From Thermodesulfobacteriota bacterium (GTDB lineage Bacteria; Desulfobacterota; Desulfobaccia; Desulfobaccales; 0-14-0-80-60-11): DNA of 64,000 nt. Of the stretch, positions 24,596-33,600 are shown piece after piece. The notes under the pieces are model-generated. The model was not told where the DNA came from. It did not search any database and saw only the letters and a program-made list of their open reading frames with translations. Within the stretch, counting starts at the first letter, position 1; each line of letters begins with the position of its first letter. The position numbers and the translations under genes are program-made. The stretch covers positions 3,864 to 67,863 of the forward strand of contig JBMORF010000037.1 of NCBI GenBank assembly GCA_049322315.1, given 5' to 3'.

Positions 24596-26461
24596 TCAGG
24601 CAAACTGCTCGGCCTTGATGGTTATCGCGAACGTCCCGGATTGTGAGAGATCATGATTGACGATCCGCACCCGTAGCTTTCGCTCTGTCCCGGAGTCGTA
24701 AACCCAGAAAGGCAGCCAGTCCTCGAAGGGGCCGCTGCCGGGGATCACGCCCACGACCTTATAGAGCAGGATGGAGAATGGGTCGTCGGCATACAGATGC
24801 ACGTCATAGACGTTGGTAGGAATGCCGGAAGTCTCCTCAATCTTGAAGTAGTGCACCAGGCCCCGGTTGCAGAAGGCGTCGATGGTTAAATCCAGCGTAG
24901 TGGCTGCGCTCACCTGAATATTCGACTGGCTGATGGTCTTCTCCTGGGTGCCGACGCCCATCACCTCTTCAAAGAACCCCAACAGGTAAACGGCCAGGCT
25001 GGCGGTGTTGGCGCCGGAAGCGAAGAGGAAGAACTCAATGGTCTTCGCATCCCCCAGGGGCACAATGATGTCGGCTGCTTTCTGCTCCCCGTCCGATTCA
25101 TCGGACCAGACGGTGAACGCCGTGGCCGGGCTGGCCGCGCCCCCACCCTTCTTGAACATGACCTTGGTGCCGACCCCGGGAACTGCGTCCCGGAAGAAGA
25201 CCCGCAGAACCACGGCGTTTATTCCGAACTGCGGGTCCCCGAGATGGCTGCTCAGGTCGATGCCTTCATAATCCAGGCCCGGAGTGGAGCCCCGCTCCGC
25301 CTCGGAGTACACCAGGGGCGGGTCGTCCTGGGGAACGTACCGGGTAAACTGCTGGGCGGCGAGCGACAGATCCACTTCGCCCAGGGCCCACCAGGAGTCA
25401 CCGCCGTCATTGGAATACTCCCAGCGTTGCGAGTCCCGGTTGTATTTCAGGTAGCCGGGGGGATCATCGCCGTTGTTCACCTTGAGACCGGCCCGACCGG
25501 TGGGCGTGCCCGCAGCATCCCGGTCGATCTCGTACTCGTCCGCGGTGGTGCCCCCGTCCGTGTTCTGGGTGTGGCCACCACCACCCCCACCCCCGGTTCC
25601 CGCCACCGCCCAGGTGCGTACGTCGGTGATCACGGTGATGGCCCCGCTCGTAGTAGCCACCTGGAAGAGGGGGATCCAGCCGGACGTGAAGCCGGTGGTG
25701 GTCCGGGCCAAGCTCCCGGTAGCGGGATCCACCTCCATGTAGTTCGTGGCGTTGTCCGCCAAGGCTACGTGGCCATCCGGGGTGACGGTGATCACCGAGT
25801 CGTTTCGGACCTTGCCGCCCCGGTAATAGAAGTTGAGGCCGTCTGCATGGTCATAAGCATAAAACCCGGACATGGCCCCCAGGAGCTGCTCGATCTCTTC
25901 CAGGCGGTCGGCCAGCCGGGTAAAGGTCTTGTCCCGGGCGGCGCTGTCCAGGCAGTCGGCAAAGTCATCGCCGTCAAATAAAACGGAGATTCCCTGGTAG
26001 AGGGCCTTGTTCGACACCACGTGGCTGCCGCTGTCCCAGTGAAACTGCCGGACGGTGTCTTCCTTGACCACGTCACTCAGGGCCGGGGCGCCAGAGCCGT
26101 CCAGGTAGACGTACCAGGTCCCGGTGGCCCTGCCGGCCAGGGACAGGGTGGTGGCAGTCGACTTGTGCAGGAAGTTGGCGCCGGACCAGTAGGCCCCGGC
26201 GCTGACGCCTAGGTTGTAACTGGGCCCGGATAAGGCACCTTCGGCGAAATCGTAGGAGCCGATGCCGATGATCCCGGCACGGTCGAAGATCTCCTGCAGG
26301 CCCACAGGGACCGACAGATCGCCGCCTGCCTGCCCGGTGAGCATGGAGAGGATGTAGTTCAGCTTGTCTTCGATGGTGGCATAATTGGCGTTGTGCTTGG
26401 CCATGTAATCGGTCATGCCAGCCACGAAGTTCTTAAATAACGTCACGAAACTGGCGGTCAT
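24596..26461 (-). CDS. Tail fibre/host-specificity protein candidate
   Basis: 621 aa with a Gly run (GTGGGGGGGHT). Position in the distal tail module. Confidence 0.5.
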   Translation of the reverse strand: MTASFVTLFKNFVAGMTDYMAKHNANYATIEDKLNYILSMLTGQAGGDLSVPVGLQEIFDRAGIIGIGSYDFAEGALSGPSYNLGVSAGAYWSGANFLHKSTATTLSLAGRATGTWYVYLDGSGAPALSDVVKEDTVRQFHWDSGSHVVSNKALYQGISVLFDGDDFADCLDSAARDKTFTRLADRLEEIEQLLGAMSGFYAYDHADGLNFYYRGGKVRNDSVITVTPDGHVALADNATNYMEVDPATGSLARTTTGFTSGWIPLFQVATTSGAITVITDVRTWAVAGTGGGGGGGHTQNTDGGTTADEYEIDRDAAGTPTGRAGLKVNNGDDPPGYLKYNRDSQRWEYSNDGGDSWWALGEVDLSLAAQQFTRYVPQDDPPLVYSEAERGSTPGLDYEGIDLSSHLGDPQFGINAVVLRVFFRDAVPGVGTKVMFKKGGGAASPATAFTVWSDESDGEQKAADIIVPLGDAKTIEFFLFASGANTASLAVYLLGFFEEVMGVGTQEKTISQSNIQVSAATTLDLTIDAFCNRGLVHYFKIEETSGIPTNVYDVHLYADDPFSILLYKVVGVIPGSGPFEDWLPFWVYDSGTERKLRVRIVNHDLSQSGTFAITIKAEQFA

Positions 26462-26940
26462 CAGTGCTGCTCCACGATCTCGACGAAGGCGCCGTCTGCT
26501 CTAAATTTTCCCTGTACGCCGTAAGGCAGGGTCCCGTACCCGGGGGGAGGCACTAACGTTCCCAGCTCCCCGTAGGTCAGGGGCCGGATCACGAATCCCC
26601 GCAGGCTTTTGCCCAGGATCGTATAATTGTCATCCGTGAAGGACATATAGATATAGTGCACCGTGGAATTGAGTGACTTGGCCAGGCCGGTGATCACCCA
26701 CTTGCCGTTGTTGAGCCGGGACAACGTCACCGCCCGGCCCTGCTCGGCGTAGATCAGTTCCCGGTTGTTGGCGGCCACCGGCACGCAGCGGATGACCTGC
26801 TCATCCCCCAGGTCCACGTCGCAGGCCCAGACCCAGTGCCCCTCGTAGTCGAAATACTGGTAGAAGGGACTGGCGATGTTGCCGCTTTGCTGGCCCCGGG
26901 CATCTTGAATAGCCCAGTCGATGATTTTCCTGATGCTCAT
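26461..26940 (-). CDS. Phage tail-module hypothetical protein
   Basis: 159-aa ORF, start/stop coupled on both sides. Confidence 0.6.
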   Translation of the reverse strand: MSIRKIIDWAIQDARGQQSGNIASPFYQYFDYEGHWVWACDVDLGDEQVIRCVPVAANNRELIYAEQGRAVTLSRLNNGKWVITGLAKSLNSTVHYIYMSFTDDNYTILGKSLRGFVIRPLTYGELGTLVPPPGYGTLPYGVQGKFRADGAFVEIVEQH

Positions 26941-28586
26941 GCGGTGAACACCTTCCCCCCGTCCAAGACCAGGGTGGAGACCTCCCCCCGCTTGATGGTC
27001 TTGGACATGCCGGTGATGACCACCTTGCGGCCATCAGGCAGCCCGATGATGTCACCGATCTCCAGGCGGGGATCGTCGGCCACCGCAATCTTCCGGGGAG
27101 CCCCCAGGCACTTCTGCCAGATAAGCTCGGTCATGGCGATGATGTCCGCCTGGTCGTGGGTACCGATGAAATCGTTCTTGATGTCCAGGTTGTTCTCCAG
27201 CCAGTAGTCCAGGCCGTCTTCAATGGCGATGGACTTCTTTTCGAGATAGGCGTAATCGTAAGGGGTGCCCCAGATCTCGTACTGGGCGCTCCCCAGGGAC
27301 ATCATGATCAACAGTATGCCGATGAGAGCCTGGGCCTGGAGCACCCGGCCGACAGAGATGGTCCATTGCCCCATGGTGGTGGGATTTACCGTGATCACCC
27401 CTTCCACCGGGCCACCCATGGGAGGGGCAATTAAGGTGCTTCCCATCCCCGGAACTGTAACCACCGTTTGGCTTGTCCTGTCCGGCGCCTTGGCAGCCAA
27501 CAAGTACTCGGCCAGCATGACTGTGGCCAAAATCGGCACCCAGACGCTGATGTCCACGTCGATCTGGCCGTGGAACTCGTCCACCTGGGTGTAGCGCTCG
27601 CTCCCCACCGGCAGGAGCCCGGAATTCACCGACTTGATCACTTTCATACTGGTGCCATCGGCCCGCTGCATGTGATCCTCGGACCACCAGCATTCGAGCC
27701 TTTCATGCATGGAGAAAAACCCGGTAGTCACCTGGGCCTGGCCCAGCTTCTGGTAAGGGCCGTCCACCCGCTCCAGTTGGGAATCGAGAAAGGTCACGGT
27801 CACCTTGTTGACGGCGTCCTGGCTTCTCTCCGGTACGTTCAGCTCCACGATGCGGTCGCCGTTCTCGTACAGCCGCGCCGGCGGCCGGTGCAGGCTCTTG
27901 TTGATATAGGAGAGTTTCCCCTCGCCGTCGAAATAGGGCTGGTAACATACCACTTCCAATAGCGAAGTGATCCCGTCCCAGGGCGTTACCTGGGATAGCT
28001 GGTTTACCTTGTGCTTGAACTGACGCCCCAGGGTGAAGGGAATCCGCATCTCGTTTTTGGTGAGACCCAGGAAAGTTTCGCACATGTCATAAAGGGCAAT
28101 CCCCAGGTCGGTGCCCACGGTGTATTCTTTGCTCGTCACCTTGCGGCGCTTGAAGGCCTGGGTCTCGCCCCGGCCGAAGACGGTTACCTTGGAGGTCATC
28201 TTGGCGCTGTTTCGTGACTTGCTCCAGCCGATCTGGCCGTGAACCTGGCCGGTGAAGGTGACGGTCCAGTCGGCTTCGACTACAGTTTCATCTCCCTCCA
28301 TTAAACGGATGATGGCCGCATCTTTGAGATAATTCCGGTACTCCCCGAAGTCCGGATGGAAAAGCCCGCTGGGGTCCACCAAGGTGAAGGCAAACTGCCG
28401 GTCCGACCAGGAGAGGTCGGAGGCATAAGGGGTTAAGTCCACCGGGGCCGGGTCACTCAAAATCCCTACGGCGCTCACCACCGCCGAAATGGTCACGGCT
28501 GTCGGGTCCCAGGCATAAATCTTATAGGCGGGACGCCGGAGTCCGCCTTCGATCACCTGCTGCATGGCCGCGGAAATATTTCTCAT
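26937..28586 (-). CDS. Phage baseplate/tail-tip protein candidate
   Basis: 549-aa ORF in the distal tail module. 4-nt overlaps with both neighbours. Confidence 0.55.
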   Translation of the reverse strand: MRNISAAMQQVIEGGLRRPAYKIYAWDPTAVTISAVVSAVGILSDPAPVDLTPYASDLSWSDRQFAFTLVDPSGLFHPDFGEYRNYLKDAAIIRLMEGDETVVEADWTVTFTGQVHGQIGWSKSRNSAKMTSKVTVFGRGETQAFKRRKVTSKEYTVGTDLGIALYDMCETFLGLTKNEMRIPFTLGRQFKHKVNQLSQVTPWDGITSLLEVVCYQPYFDGEGKLSYINKSLHRPPARLYENGDRIVELNVPERSQDAVNKVTVTFLDSQLERVDGPYQKLGQAQVTTGFFSMHERLECWWSEDHMQRADGTSMKVIKSVNSGLLPVGSERYTQVDEFHGQIDVDISVWVPILATVMLAEYLLAAKAPDRTSQTVVTVPGMGSTLIAPPMGGPVEGVITVNPTTMGQWTISVGRVLQAQALIGILLIMMSLGSAQYEIWGTPYDYAYLEKKSIAIEDGLDYWLENNLDIKNDFIGTHDQADIIAMTELIWQKCLGAPRKIAVADDPRLEIGDIIGLPDGRKVVITGMSKTIKRGEVSTLVLDGGKVFTA

Positions 28587-29137
28587 GCCATCAGCCCCAC
28601 GATCCGGAATTGCAGGACCACTTCCAGGGAAATCAGGCCAGCCTTGAGAGCCAGGAGATCAAAGGTCAGGATGTCCTGGCCGCCGACGCTGATCCCCTCT
28701 ATCTGGATCTTGTAGCCCTGTTCGGTCCTATCTTTGGGCCACCAGGTGATGTAGGCGCCGTCCGGTGGATTCGTGAAATATTCATAGAGCCGTCGCAGCA
28801 TGTAAGCCGTCATCCTGGAGGCATTATCCGATCCTTTCCAGTATTCCTTAACCGGCTTATCCGGGAGATAACCGGTCCATTGCACCACCTGGGCCCAGGA
28901 TAGCGTGGGCTCCACCTTCACCTGGGGCCGGTCCGTCATGGGCGCGGAATCGAAGTTCTCCCAGCGGTCCGGGTTTTCTTCGTAGATCAAAGGCGGCAGG
29001 AGGTCGCCGGGATAGCGCAGTTCCCGCAGAGCTCCGGTACCTTCGTTCTCAGGAAAGAGATAAAGGTCCACCGACTCCTCGAAGCTCTCCGGGGCGGCCA
29101 GGATATTGAAGGTAGTCTCCGAGGTCAGGGTGGTCAC
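28583..29137 (-). CDS. Phage tail-module hypothetical protein
   Basis: 184-aa ORF with 4-nt overlaps on both sides. Confidence 0.6.
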   Translation of the reverse strand: MTTLTSETTFNILAAPESFEESVDLYLFPENEGTGALRELRYPGDLLPPLIYEENPDRWENFDSAPMTDRPQVKVEPTLSWAQVVQWTGYLPDKPVKEYWKGSDNASRMTAYMLRRLYEYFTNPPDGAYITWWPKDRTEQGYKIQIEGISVGGQDILTFDLLALKAGLISLEVVLQFRIVGLMA

Positions 29138-30261
29138 AGGGTTTCTTCCACTTCTGTTTCCAGGGCCAGGGTTTCCTCACAGGCCTCATTGGGGGCCTGG
29201 TACTGGAAACAGACCCGGCCGCTCATCTCGGTGCCCGAAAAGGGAGTAACCAGGCGGCCTTCCACCGGCTCCGCCAGCTCGCCGTTGACGGTGTATGGGG
29301 TCACCCCTTCCCCTGCTTCCCCGATCAAGTGGGCCACCAGGACCACGCGTTTCCCCGCCCGTAGGGAAGTCACCGGCACCGGCTGGGTCAGTTGCGCCGG
29401 GTTGACCATGGGGTAGTAAAACTCCAGTTGGTGCTGGCAGGTCCCGTCGTCAGAATCAGGCCTGGACCGGAAGACCACGATCTGCTTGCGCTTGGTATCG
29501 AAAGCAATGGCGAAATCCGTGGCCGGGAGCCCGGGATTTTGCACCTTGGAGATCATCTCCCACCGGGGAATCTTGTAGTCCGCCTTGCAAATCACCCCGT
29601 CCCTGGTGATGATCCAGCAGTAGTTCCGGGATTCGTAAGCCAGGTAACCCAGCGTGTTGGGCAGCCGCAGCTGTCCGAAGCGTTCAGGCACCGTGCCGAT
29701 GTTCTTCCAACAGTCCAGGGTCCAGGAAGAGACCCCGGCCAGGTAGTTGTCGATGCGGTTGACCACCGCGGCCGAAAAGATGGACTTCGGGTTCCACTGA
29801 TAAGGGTCCACTGTCCAGCCACCGGGCACGGGATTGAGAGTGAACGGGTCCACCTCATTCACCTGGGTTCCGGTGTTCATGCAGGCATAGAGCTTGTTGA
29901 AGCTCCCCATGGTGGACTTCCCCGTCCAGGCCGATCCCCAGATCCCCACGAACACCTTCCGGGCCAACACATCTTCCCGGTTGACCCATTCCCCGGTCTC
30001 CGGGCTGAAATCGAGGCGCTGCACGTCCCAGCCGGGCCAATAGGTGTTGCTGTAGATAATGATGGCCCGGAGCAGGTCGGCCCCGGGATCATAGTAAAAG
30101 TGGCTGAGCCTGCCCTCCCCCTGCTGAAAATGCTTCGGGCACGCGACCAGTTTCGGGTTATAGAACCAGACCTGTGGCGGCGGGCCCGGTGGCGGATAGC
30201 ACTTGCCGTTGTCGATATACTCCATGCATGGGGCCACCGTCCGGAGACACCAGAGGCTCAT
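29134..30261 (-). CDS. Phage tail-module hypothetical protein
   Basis: ORF 29134..30276. Start moved to MSLWCL (ATGA overlap with the upstream stop). Confidence 0.6.
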   Translation of the reverse strand: MSLWCLRTVAPCMEYIDNGKCYPPPGPPPQVWFYNPKLVACPKHFQQGEGRLSHFYYDPGADLLRAIIIYSNTYWPGWDVQRLDFSPETGEWVNREDVLARKVFVGIWGSAWTGKSTMGSFNKLYACMNTGTQVNEVDPFTLNPVPGGWTVDPYQWNPKSIFSAAVVNRIDNYLAGVSSWTLDCWKNIGTVPERFGQLRLPNTLGYLAYESRNYCWIITRDGVICKADYKIPRWEMISKVQNPGLPATDFAIAFDTKRKQIVVFRSRPDSDDGTCQHQLEFYYPMVNPAQLTQPVPVTSLRAGKRVVLVAHLIGEAGEGVTPYTVNGELAEPVEGRLVTPFSGTEMSGRVCFQYQAPNEACEETLALETEVEETL

Positions 30262-31202
30262 GCCAGCACCGCCCACGCCCTGATCTTGGTCTGGCCGAGA
30301 GCGTTGTCATCGGGGCCAAAATAAAGGTTCCAGGCCCAGCCGTCCTTATCCGTCTGGCTGACGTACTTGTCGAGATAGCCCAGGGGCGCGCCGCCCACGC
30401 CCTCCAGTTCCCAATGAACCCACCACCCCGGGCAGGGCCCCCCTTCCTGGCCGGTGAGGCGTACCTTGACGATGTTGCCCTTCAAGCCGTAAACCGCGGC
30501 CGGCTCGAAGACCGGGTTCGACAGGGTGTAAGGCCAGGCTTCCCGGCAATAGACCCTGGTCTTGTTATCCACGCCGATGGCGACCAGCACGTGAAAGGCG
30601 CTGTCATAAGCCGCCACCCGGTGGGGCTCGATCCTTCCGGCCTCCACCACTTTCATCCCCGACAGGTAATCCATGATCTTAACCTTGCCGCTGCCGCTAC
30701 AGATTCCGGCCACCTGGCCATGCTGCACCCAATTGAGGCTCTTGAAGTATTCCCCCGTATTGTGGGCGATGGCGCCCAGCACGGCGCCGCTCCCCAGGTC
30801 ATATACCTTCACCGAGTTGGCGTTGGGCTGGTGTAGATACCGCTGATTCCGGTCATCAATAAAAGCCCCCACCAGACTGGAAGAAGCATGGCTGTAATCA
30901 ATGAGCCAATCCGGGTTCAGAACCTCGTTGGGGTTCGGCAGCTGGTCGATCTCGTAGGCCCCATAGATGCGGCCGTTGCCGCTGTAAAAGGCGGTATATC
31001 CGCCCACCCGGGGAAGCGGGGTGTAGCCTCCGGAGGGCACACCGTAAGCGACCTTGGTTCCGTCCCGGAAGACCCGGGCCCACTCCCACATATTGGCGCA
31101 AAAGAAGGCATCCCACGGAGTCACGAAGATCATCTGGGTCCAGGGGGCCCCTGAGTCTTTAGGCATTGCCAGCTTCGTGCTCTCGAAGGTCTTCTCGTAC
31201 AC
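30258..31202 (-). CDS. Phage tail-module hypothetical protein
   Basis: 314-aa ORF. Confidence 0.6.
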   Translation of the reverse strand: MYEKTFESTKLAMPKDSGAPWTQMIFVTPWDAFFCANMWEWARVFRDGTKVAYGVPSGGYTPLPRVGGYTAFYSGNGRIYGAYEIDQLPNPNEVLNPDWLIDYSHASSSLVGAFIDDRNQRYLHQPNANSVKVYDLGSGAVLGAIAHNTGEYFKSLNWVQHGQVAGICSGSGKVKIMDYLSGMKVVEAGRIEPHRVAAYDSAFHVLVAIGVDNKTRVYCREAWPYTLSNPVFEPAAVYGLKGNIVKVRLTGQEGGPCPGWWVHWELEGVGGAPLGYLDKYVSQTDKDGWAWNLYFGPDDNALGQTKIRAWAVLA

Positions 31203-31205
31203 GGT

Positions 31206-31634
31206 TTACTCTTCAGGCCAGCGGAAATTGGTAATGTTATCCCAGGAATAGCGCCGGATGCAGACCTTGTCATCCTGGTTCCCGCCCAGGCCGTAGACGC
31301 CGTTATCATCCTCATCCATATAGAGGCAGACGTGATTTCCTCCAGGACGAGTCATGATGACCACGCATCCCAGGCATTGCTCGCCTTCTCCCAGCTCTTT
31401 GCCCCACCGCCGCCAGTCTGCTGCCGCGGCGCTTCGGGGGCTGCGGATTCCCGCCCGCTCCATCCAGGCGCACATGGTGGAGGAACACCAGGGAGTGGCG
31501 TCATCTTTGGCCTTGAGGCTGGTATATTGATGGTAGGCCACGACGTCCGGATTGTTTCCGGCGCCCGGCACCTCTTCCACCCCAACCCCCAGGTCTTGTA
31601 GGGCTTCCAACAGCCACGGCGGATAGCTTTGCAT
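31206..31634 (-). CDS. TIGR02594-type (CHAP/NlpC-P60-like) virion-associated peptidoglycan hydrolase
   Basis: DDATPWCSSTMCAWMERAG ... GCVVIMTRPGGNHVCLYM ... GLGGNQDDKV matches the TIGR02594 pattern. Start moved to MQSYPPW; the track N-terminal extension is Pro/Arg-rich junk. Confidence 0.7.
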   Translation of the reverse strand: MQSYPPWLLEALQDLGVGVEEVPGAGNNPDVVAYHQYTSLKAKDDATPWCSSTMCAWMERAGIRSPRSAAAADWRRWGKELGEGEQCLGCVVIMTRPGGNHVCLYMDEDDNGVYGLGGNQDDKVCIRRYSWDNITNFRWPEE

Positions 31635-31648
31635 GGTTTCTCTTCTCT

Positions 31649-31972
31649 TTACCCTGTGGTTTTTACCGTCACCCGGTCCCAGAGGCCGGAGGGCTGCCCC
31701 ACCTTGCACTCGCCCACCTTGTAGTGCATCCCCACCCGGATTTTCGGGGTGTGCTCCGGCCCCAGGTAGATGTTGGTGGAGCGCCTGGATTTGTCGGTCT
31801 TCAGCCGCTGCCACCTAAGTGTTCCCACCGGGGGCCAGGGGCCCATCCCTGGCCGGGAGTCGATGGCCGAGAGCATCCAGTAAACCGTCTGGCCCACCGC
31901 GGCGCCGATGTAGGTCAGGACGCCGCCGCCTTTGACCCTGGCAACGAACGGGGCTTTCAGCCTATCCCCCAT
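31649..31972 (-). CDS. Phage tail-module hypothetical protein
   Basis: 107-aa ORF. Confidence 0.5.
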   Translation of the reverse strand: MGDRLKAPFVARVKGGGVLTYIGAAVGQTVYWMLSAIDSRPGMGPWPPVGTLRWQRLKTDKSRRSTNIYLGPEHTPKIRVGMHYKVGECKVGQPSGLWDRVTVKTTG

Positions 31973-32174
31973 GAGTCATCTCCTGCAGCTCGGCCTCGGC
32001 CGCCGCTTTCAGGCCTTCCAGGTAGACGATCTGGAACTTGGTGCGCCAGATTCGCTCCTGGAGGAAATCCTTCCGGAGTTGGGTAACCAGATTCTGGAGG
32101 CTCTTGTTCGCCTGGCGGAGGTCCCCGTTTTCCTCCAGGAGGTCTTCAAGCAGCCGATCAAACTGTTCTTCCAT
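31962..32174 (-). CDS. Small coiled-coil phage protein
   Basis: 70 aa, heptad-like (LLEDLLEENGDLRQANKSLQNLVTQLRKDFLQE). Confidence 0.5.
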   Translation of the reverse strand: MEEQFDRLLEDLLEENGDLRQANKSLQNLVTQLRKDFLQERIWRTKFQIVYLEGLKAAAEAELQEMTHGG

Positions 32175-32184
32175 GGCGATTTTC

Positions 32185-33234
32185 CTATGACAGGAGCCCG
32201 AGGCCCTGCTGCCTGGTTTCCAGCTGGCCCAGACGGGTCTGGAGGTTGGCGATCACCGACATCACCGTCTTGAACTCATCCGCGGTGGCGAAACCCCATC
32301 CAGTGTTCTGAATAGGGGCGACGATGTCGTAGTCCGGGACTCCCGGATCGACAAAGGTCAAGATGGTCAGTTGCGCGGTGAGGGCCGCTGGTTTGACCAC
32401 AGGAGTCGCCCCGAAAAAGCCCATTTTGTTGCCCAAGACCTTGAGCATCAGGGCCAGGGGGTTATCGTTCACCCCAGGGGCTCCGGCAGGGCAGCCGTAG
32501 ATCTCTACGCCGCTTTCGCCTGCGCCGGTGGAAACACCGGGCTGTAGCTTCAAGGCGCCCCCGGCCTTGTCTGCGGCTCCCATGGTAGCGCTTCCGGCTG
32601 AAAGCGTAAGATTCCGGCCGGCAGAATCCCCAGTGGTGCGCCGTCCCTGCTGGATAGCCCGGTCTGCCGGTTCTCCCTCGAAGCCCAGGTCGCCGGTCAT
32701 GGTGTCGCCGGTTCTTGCCACCTTGCCATTGATGGCCGTGTCATGGGTGGCATCCGCTACGGCCCGGGCATCGGCTTCAGCGGCAATCGCCGCAGTCCTG
32801 GCGTTGGCTTCGGCGGCAACGGCTGCATCCCGAGAGCTCGCCTCCGCCGCAATGCCAGCGTCGACATAAGCTTTCCTGGTCAGTTGGTTGCTGGTCGATG
32901 GATCAGCCCCGACCTCGGGGATGGTGGAGAAGGTCTTCTTGCCCTCAATCGTCTGATCCCCATCCTTGGCCACCAGGCCTGCCGCATCCGGAGTCATGGC
33001 AGCCCAGGCATCCTCGGTCCGGGAAAAGACATCGCCCACACTGCCGCCGTTGAAGGCCGCGGCGGTATGCTTATGCCCCGGGTCCTCCTGGGCCGGATTG
33101 GTCAGCTTGTAAGTGAGGGACGCAGGGTCGCCGGAGCCCACTTCCCCGACGTAGTCCTCCATGGCGTTAAACCACCAGGCATCGAGTTCGGTTACTCCAT
33201 CCACCCAATGGGTTTTTTCATGCGGCCAGGGCAT
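32185..33234 (-). CDS. Tail-fibre-like protein with three tandem 11-aa Ala-rich repeats
   Basis: 349 aa. IAAEASSRDAAVAAEANARTAAIAAEADARAVADA, then a Gly-rich beta-like region. Confidence 0.55.
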   Translation of the reverse strand: MPWPHEKTHWVDGVTELDAWWFNAMEDYVGEVGSGDPASLTYKLTNPAQEDPGHKHTAAAFNGGSVGDVFSRTEDAWAAMTPDAAGLVAKDGDQTIEGKKTFSTIPEVGADPSTSNQLTRKAYVDAGIAAEASSRDAAVAAEANARTAAIAAEADARAVADATHDTAINGKVARTGDTMTGDLGFEGEPADRAIQQGRRTTGDSAGRNLTLSAGSATMGAADKAGGALKLQPGVSTGAGESGVEIYGCPAGAPGVNDNPLALMLKVLGNKMGFFGATPVVKPAALTAQLTILTFVDPGVPDYDIVAPIQNTGWGFATADEFKTVMSVIANLQTRLGQLETRQQGLGLLS

Positions 33235-33237
33235 GGT

Positions 33238-33600
33238 TTACCTCGCCTCCAAGTCTGCACAGGGCCCGTATTTTTTCACCAGTTCCTCGATCTCTTCCGG
33301 GGCATTAACAGGCACCACCTCGACCACGTGGCCGGTGAGGGCATCGGTCACTTCTGCCTGACCGCCCTGCACCCGTACCACATACCCCCAGGTGCTAAGC
33401 TCGTGGAGTTTCTCCAGGAGCCTGTCTATGGCTTCTTTGGGCCGACGCATCAATTCTTGAAAGTTCTGGGGAATCGCAACCGGGAGAGTGGCAGGTTTCG
33501 CTTTCTCGGGATCTGCCAAGTGGTCCGCGGCCTTGGTCAGCCAGCAATCCAGCTTTTCTGGCCCTCCGAACAAGACCGCGATCAGGCTTTCACGCTCCAT
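33238..33600 (-). CDS. Phage hypothetical protein downstream of the tape measure
   Basis: 120-aa ORF. Its ATG abuts the tape-measure stop (33600), overlapping by 1 nt. Confidence 0.6.
   Translation of the reverse strand: MERESLIAVLFGGPEKLDCWLTKAADHLADPEKAKPATLPVAIPQNFQELMRRPKEAIDRLLEKLHELSTWGYVVRVQGGQAEVTDALTGHVVEVVPVNAPEEIEELVKKYGPCADLEAR

Noticed and set aside
25575-25596. C-rich tract CCACCACCACCCCCACCCCC (poly-Gly in the tail-fibre protein) as a possible slipped-strand phase-variation site
   Set aside because: The homopolymer runs are only 5 nt and are interrupted. No evidence of a contingency locus.
31635-31814. N-terminal extensions of track ORFs: 31206-31814, 41502-42848, 38713-39501, 21660-22295 and 63080-63628
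   Set aside because: The extensions are Arg/Pro/Gly-rich, overlap the upstream gene, and have internal ATGs with RBS or ATGA coupling exactly at the upstream stop. I used the shorter starts.
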